From Candidatus Latescibacterota bacterium (GTDB lineage Bacteria; Latescibacterota; UBA2968; UBA8231): 64,000 bases of DNA. How positions within the stretch are numbered: position 1 is the stretch's first letter; each line of letters opens with the position of its first letter. Positions 60,090 to 64,000 of this stretch are shown here, one piece after another. Made by a program: the position numbers and the translations under genes. The DNA is taken from the NCBI GenBank assembly GCA_965243025.1, contig CBDETY010000003.1, forward strand, positions 4,320,001 to 4,384,000, in the 5' to 3' direction. A model generated the notes under the pieces. That model saw nothing but the letters and a program-made list of their open reading frames with translations, searched no databases and was not told where the DNA came from.

Positions 60090-60118
60090 TAAAAATCACC
60101 GCAGATATTAAAAATCAC
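60081..60118. repeat. 19-bp tandem duplication spanning the GMC start codon
   Basis: CGCAGACATTAAAAATCAC followed by CGCAGATATTAAAAATCAC (1 mismatch). Confidence 0.85.
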
Positions 60119-60267
60119 CATTGTTCGACCCGATCCTTAATATAGCCCCCTGAAACACGACGGCAGTCCAGGAGGCGTTACTCGGGGGCATCCGGCATGA
60201 GATGCTTCGACTCCGCTTCTGCGGTCGTGACACACCTTGAATTTCAACTGCTGCAAGGGAGGCGGCC

Positions 60268-63200
60268 ATGCTCCACAAAACCAGGAATCTCGTGGAGGAC
60301 TGGCGGAAGGGGGACGCGGAGAAGCTCGCCGCATTCGAGATGGAGGCGGATACCGCCTGGCCGGGAGGGGGGGGTTGGCAGACGACCGCGGACGAACAGG
60401 AGCGGGAAATCCGCGAGAGCAGCCTGCTGGGGGCCTTTGTCACCGAGAACGAACGGAGGATCGTCAGCATCTGCACGATCCGGGCGAAGCCGGGGCAGAA
60501 GGCGAATGCATTCATCCCGTACCTCAACTGCCATCCGGAGTACCACGGGAAGAAGCACGGGAAGTCCGTGCTCCAGGCCGCCCTGGACCGCGCCTGCGAG
60601 GCGGGATTCCAGCGCGTCGATCTGTACACCTGGTCGGGGAACCTGAAGGCCGTTCCCCTGTACAAGAAGATGGGTTTCATGTGGCGGCCGGACTCGGCCG
60701 TGCACATGGAGAACTTCACCCCCGCCGCCCGCCGGAATCCGCTCGCTGCCGTTTTCTTCGCCAGGCACGACTGGTACGACACCCAGGTGCGGAAGCTCGA
60801 GCTGGAAGAGGACGTGATGACCCGGGGGAATGTGAAGGTTTACGAGTACCTCTGGCGGGCCCCGGACGGCGATTTCCTCAGGCTGGTGTTCGACCGCCAG
60901 AGCTGGGGGATCATCGAGATCGAGAACAGCGACCTGTCGGCGTCGTGCAGCCTGTCCGACGAAAAACTGGTCGCGGGCGTCCCCCACCCGGTCCGCTGGC
61001 GGATCGTGAACAAGAAGCCGGATCCGGTTCGCGTCTCTCTCACCGCCTCGGGGGATCCCGGTGTCCAGGTCGAGATGCGCGAGACGCTGGAGGTGGCGAA
61101 CGCCGCCGAGCTCGAGGGGACGTTCGCGATCGATCCCGACGTCCAAGAGAAAACACACGCTCCAAAAGCGGCGTTGCTGCGGACCGACCTGGAGATCGAC
61201 GGCGTCCGGGTCGAACTCACGGCCGGGATCGCCGTTCGCCAGGCGGTGGACGTTTCCATCGATGTTGTTCGCTCGACACTGGAACCCGGCACCCCTCAGG
61301 AAGCGCTGCTGACCCTGCGGTCGAACCTGGAGGAGGCGTGTGAGGCGCGGCTGCGGGTGACGCCGGCGGCAGGCGGGGATGCGAGCGAGCACAGGGTGGC
61401 GCTCGATCCGAAGGGTGGAGCCGAGTTCCCGGCGCCGGTGACGGCTTCGCAGGCCGGGCCGGTTGCGCTGGACGTCGAGACCAGCGCCGCGGCGGGCGGA
61501 AAGACGGTACCGGTAAAAACCAAGCGGATCGACCTCCTCGCCGTCGAGCGGGGCGGCGTCTCCGGAGGCGTCGGGGAGGAGGGCGCCCTGCTCTGCGGAG
61601 GCGGGCTGATGGTGAGCGCCGGCCTGCGCAGCGGACAGGTCTCGATCTTCCACAGGCTGCGGGCGCTGAGGTCCCGCAGGATGGACCTGCACCGCCCGCA
61701 GCTCGGACCCCCCTTCGCGGGAGACGATCTGTTTCAGGAGAAGGCCGAGGCGTCGGTCGAACGGGATGCCCTCGGAGTCGTGCTCCGCCTGCGGACCCGG
61801 TCCGTGCTCCGGCCCGGTGTGACGCTGGAAAGGCGGATCGCCGTGGGGCAGGGCCCGCTGGTCCGCGTGTCGGATACGGTAACCAACGGCTCGACCCTGC
61901 CGCTGGACCTGTCGCTGGTGCAGGGTTGGGGGGTGAGGACAGGCCCCGGGGCGTCCTATGTCGTGCCCCGGAAGCAGGGGGTGTACCGGCAGGCCGCCGG
62001 TTCGGGAGGGCGCGAAATGGACAGTCTCAGGCTTCCCGAAGAAGGGAAGGCGTGGCCTGAGGGATGGATCTGCGCCGAGAGAGAGGATGGCTGCGCCGCC
62101 GGATTGCTCTGGGACCGGGCCGAGAGGGTGCCCGGCCCCTGGGGAAGTCTGCGGCTTCCGGCAGGGCGTTTGCAGCCGGGCGAGTCAAAGCAGCTCGACC
62201 CGGTTTACGCCTTCGCAGGGGACGGGAACTGGCAGACGGTCCGGGCCTGGTGGCGGACCCTTTTCGGCAGCGTTCCGGAAATCGAGACGTCCGCCGCGCC
62301 GACGCACAGACCGATCGAGTTCGGAGTCGAGCCAGGTCCGCTGCTGATCGCAGGCGGGATGGCCGAAGCGACCCTGCGCATCGGCCACGTCGGCGAACAC
62401 CGGCTCGACGGCGAGCTCGTTCTGGAAGAATCCCCCGGTCTGCGCCCGGACGTTTCCTCCGTCAAGGTTTCCGGGCTCTGCGAGTCCAGTCCGGTCGTCA
62501 GGAAGGTGGAGTTTCATGCCGCCGGACGGGCCCGGCCGGAAACGGAGGAGATCGGTGCGCGATTCGAGACCGGGGAGGCGGTCTACCGGTATTCCGCAAG
62601 GGCGCTGATCCTGCCCCGGAACCCACGCGAGGTGCGGGTGTCGCGCCAGGAGAAGGGGCGCGTGATCGTTGTAGACAACGGGATTCTGACGGCGAAGGTG
62701 TCCCCTTCCTTCATGGGGTCCGTCATCTCCCTGCAGCGGGAGGGCCGGGAGTATCTCAACAGTTCCTATCCGGACACCGTCCCCCGCGGCTGGATGAATC
62801 CCTGGCACGGCGGCATCTCCCCCGCGTACGACCGGCTGGAGGATACGCTCTGCAAGGAACGGTTCCGCTACCGCGTGATCGAACGCAAAGGCCGCCAGGG
62901 GCTGGTATGGCGCGGGGTGCGCGTCCATTGCCGCATCGCCCAGGAACATGCCCGCGGCCAGTCGATCGCATTCGAGTACCTGCTGGCTCCCGGCGCCGAC
63001 GTGCTCGCGATTCTGCCAGGCTGCCGCGACGAGCTCGGAATCAGCGCTTCCGGGGACGTGGGCTTCCACATCTGGCCGGGGTTCGCCGCCTCACCCGGGA
63101 CCGCGTCGTTCTACAACGCAACCGATGAGTCGATCACCCCGCTGGCCGCGCCCCACTGGTCCTGGGCCGGGCGCTGGAACTGGGGCGGGATCGTGGGAAA

Positions 63201-63414
63201 AAGCGGTGAGGCACTGTTCCTGAGCGCAAAGGGAGAGGGGGTGCAGGCGAGCGGCACCTCGGTAGGAGACGAAGGGTGCCTGCTCGAAGGCAACCTCGAA
63301 CGGCCGATGTCCCCCCGCGACCGGATCGAGGGCCTGTTCTTCCTGCAGCCGGCTGCGGGCCTGGAGGAGGGGAAGGAGGGGGCGGTCTGGAGTGAGTTCG
63401 AGGCGCTGCCGTAG
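60268..63414 (+). CDS. Large (1048 aa) protein with N-terminal GNAT acetyltransferase domain and beta-rich C-terminus
   Basis: LNCHPEYHGKKHGK (acetyl-CoA motif), LYTWSGNLKAVPLYKKMGF; RBS GGGAGG; C-terminal W.NPW.GGI. Confidence 0.85.
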   Translation: MLHKTRNLVEDWRKGDAEKLAAFEMEADTAWPGGGGWQTTADEQEREIRESSLLGAFVTENERRIVSICTIRAKPGQKANAFIPYLNCHPEYHGKKHGKSVLQAALDRACEAGFQRVDLYTWSGNLKAVPLYKKMGFMWRPDSAVHMENFTPAARRNPLAAVFFARHDWYDTQVRKLELEEDVMTRGNVKVYEYLWRAPDGDFLRLVFDRQSWGIIEIENSDLSASCSLSDEKLVAGVPHPVRWRIVNKKPDPVRVSLTASGDPGVQVEMRETLEVANAAELEGTFAIDPDVQEKTHAPKAALLRTDLEIDGVRVELTAGIAVRQAVDVSIDVVRSTLEPGTPQEALLTLRSNLEEACEARLRVTPAAGGDASEHRVALDPKGGAEFPAPVTASQAGPVALDVETSAAAGGKTVPVKTKRIDLLAVERGGVSGGVGEEGALLCGGGLMVSAGLRSGQVSIFHRLRALRSRRMDLHRPQLGPPFAGDDLFQEKAEASVERDALGVVLRLRTRSVLRPGVTLERRIAVGQGPLVRVSDTVTNGSTLPLDLSLVQGWGVRTGPGASYVVPRKQGVYRQAAGSGGREMDSLRLPEEGKAWPEGWICAEREDGCAAGLLWDRAERVPGPWGSLRLPAGRLQPGESKQLDPVYAFAGDGNWQTVRAWWRTLFGSVPEIETSAAPTHRPIEFGVEPGPLLIAGGMAEATLRIGHVGEHRLDGELVLEESPGLRPDVSSVKVSGLCESSPVVRKVEFHAAGRARPETEEIGARFETGEAVYRYSARALILPRNPREVRVSRQEKGRVIVVDNGILTAKVSPSFMGSVISLQREGREYLNSSYPDTVPRGWMNPWHGGISPAYDRLEDTLCKERFRYRVIERKGRQGLVWRGVRVHCRIAQEHARGQSIAFEYLLAPGADVLAILPGCRDELGISASGDVGFHIWPGFAASPGTASFYNATDESITPLAAPHWSWAGRWNWGGIVGKSGEALFLSAKGEGVQASGTSVGDEGCLLEGNLERPMSPRDRIEGLFFLQPAAGLEEGKEGAVWSEFEALP

Positions 63415-63545
63415 TGATTCGGTGAAGCCGGATCCTGATGCCCCTGCAAGACGATCCAGAATATTCCCTTCGGGTGGTGATCACCGTCCCGCGATGGCGG
63501 GCCCGGATCCATCAGGGGGTGCCTTTGCAGGCCAGGTTTATAGCT

Positions 63546-64000
63546 TCACTCCGCCAGCGACGCCTTGATCCTCGCCCACGAATCCGGCTTCACTGCTGTC
63601 CCGCCGCCCCCGGTCCCGTCAGCCCCGAGGAGGACCGCATCCACGAACGATTCGGCAAACCTCCATGTTTCCGAACCGAGAGGCGCGGCAGCTTCGTAAA
63701 AGGCACGCTTGGTTATGTCCCCATCCCTGTCTATCACTATCGGGCGCAGCCCGATGATCTTCCCGGGAAACAATTGGGAGACCTCGCTGTTGTCCGGACT
63801 CTCCCAATCCAGGCGGTCGAACGCCGTTACGTAGAACTCGATGACAGCGACGAGAGGGTTTTCACCGAACAGCCCTCCTCCCCCGTCGCCGTACGGCGGG
63901 GAAGTCACCCACCCGCTGAACTCGCTGAACTGGTGGGTTATTTCCAGTACTAAATTTCTGCCCGTATGTGACTGCGCCATGCCCACGTACTCCTGCACGT
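63546..64000 (-). CDS. C-terminal part of a probable secreted protein with a TAV..SWARIKA tail (5' end outside window)
   Basis: Open to the window edge; IEFYVTAFD.L.W..P..S..SQL.PGKIIG; ends AESFVDAVLLG...TAVKPDSWARIKASLAE. Confidence 0.75.
   Translation of the reverse strand, partial: VQEYVGMAQSHTGRNLVLEITHQFSEFSGWVTSPPYGDGGGGLFGENPLVAVIEFYVTAFDRLDWESPDNSEVSQLFPGKIIGLRPIVIDRDGDITKRAFYEAAAPLGSETWRFAESFVDAVLLGADGTGGGGTAVKPDSWARIKASLAE

Noticed and set aside
63428-63531. Interleaved 7-bp inverted repeats (CCTGATG/CATCAGG, CCTGCAA/TTGCAGG) suggesting a pseudoknot
   Set aside because: Such short matches are plausible by chance in GC-rich DNA and there is no second copy for support.

Overview
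High-GC bacterial chromosomal window. Gene content (LptD, PorZ-like and several FlgD/CTD-tailed secreted proteins, 'TAV..SWxRIKA' C-terminal tails, DUF6785, two PhyH dioxygenases) suggests an uncultured FCB-group lineage such as Latescibacterota; this is inference only. Left to right: (1) a housekeeping/envelope run, rlmB'-lptD-[two ~167-bp hairpin/MITE-like elements]-dtd-maf-rodZ-priA-PorZ-like-DUF4159-DUF4175-TPR-secreted GATase-like protein; (2) a ~3.2-kb accessory patch with a histidine-kinase stub, an orphan NarL/LuxR regulator, three palindromic boxes at 23-bp period, a 63-aa secreted His-rich peptide, an internally deleted gene and a TolB-like protein; (3) moxR-DUF58; (4) a suf operon whose SufB carries a 357-aa LAGLIDADG intein, with an Rrf2 gene and a matching palindrome over the promoter; (5) an NAD salvage cluster (pncA-pncB-aminotransferase-nadE); (6) a triplicated gene 3' end with a 92-bp period; (7) a mosaic of sugar-acid dehydratases, dioxygenases, oxidoreductases, transporters and large secreted proteins, including a secreted tandem-Cache protein with no signalling domain. 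No rRNA, tRNA, CRISPR array, transposase or reverse transcriptase was recognised. All calls come from reading the sequence; no database search was run.
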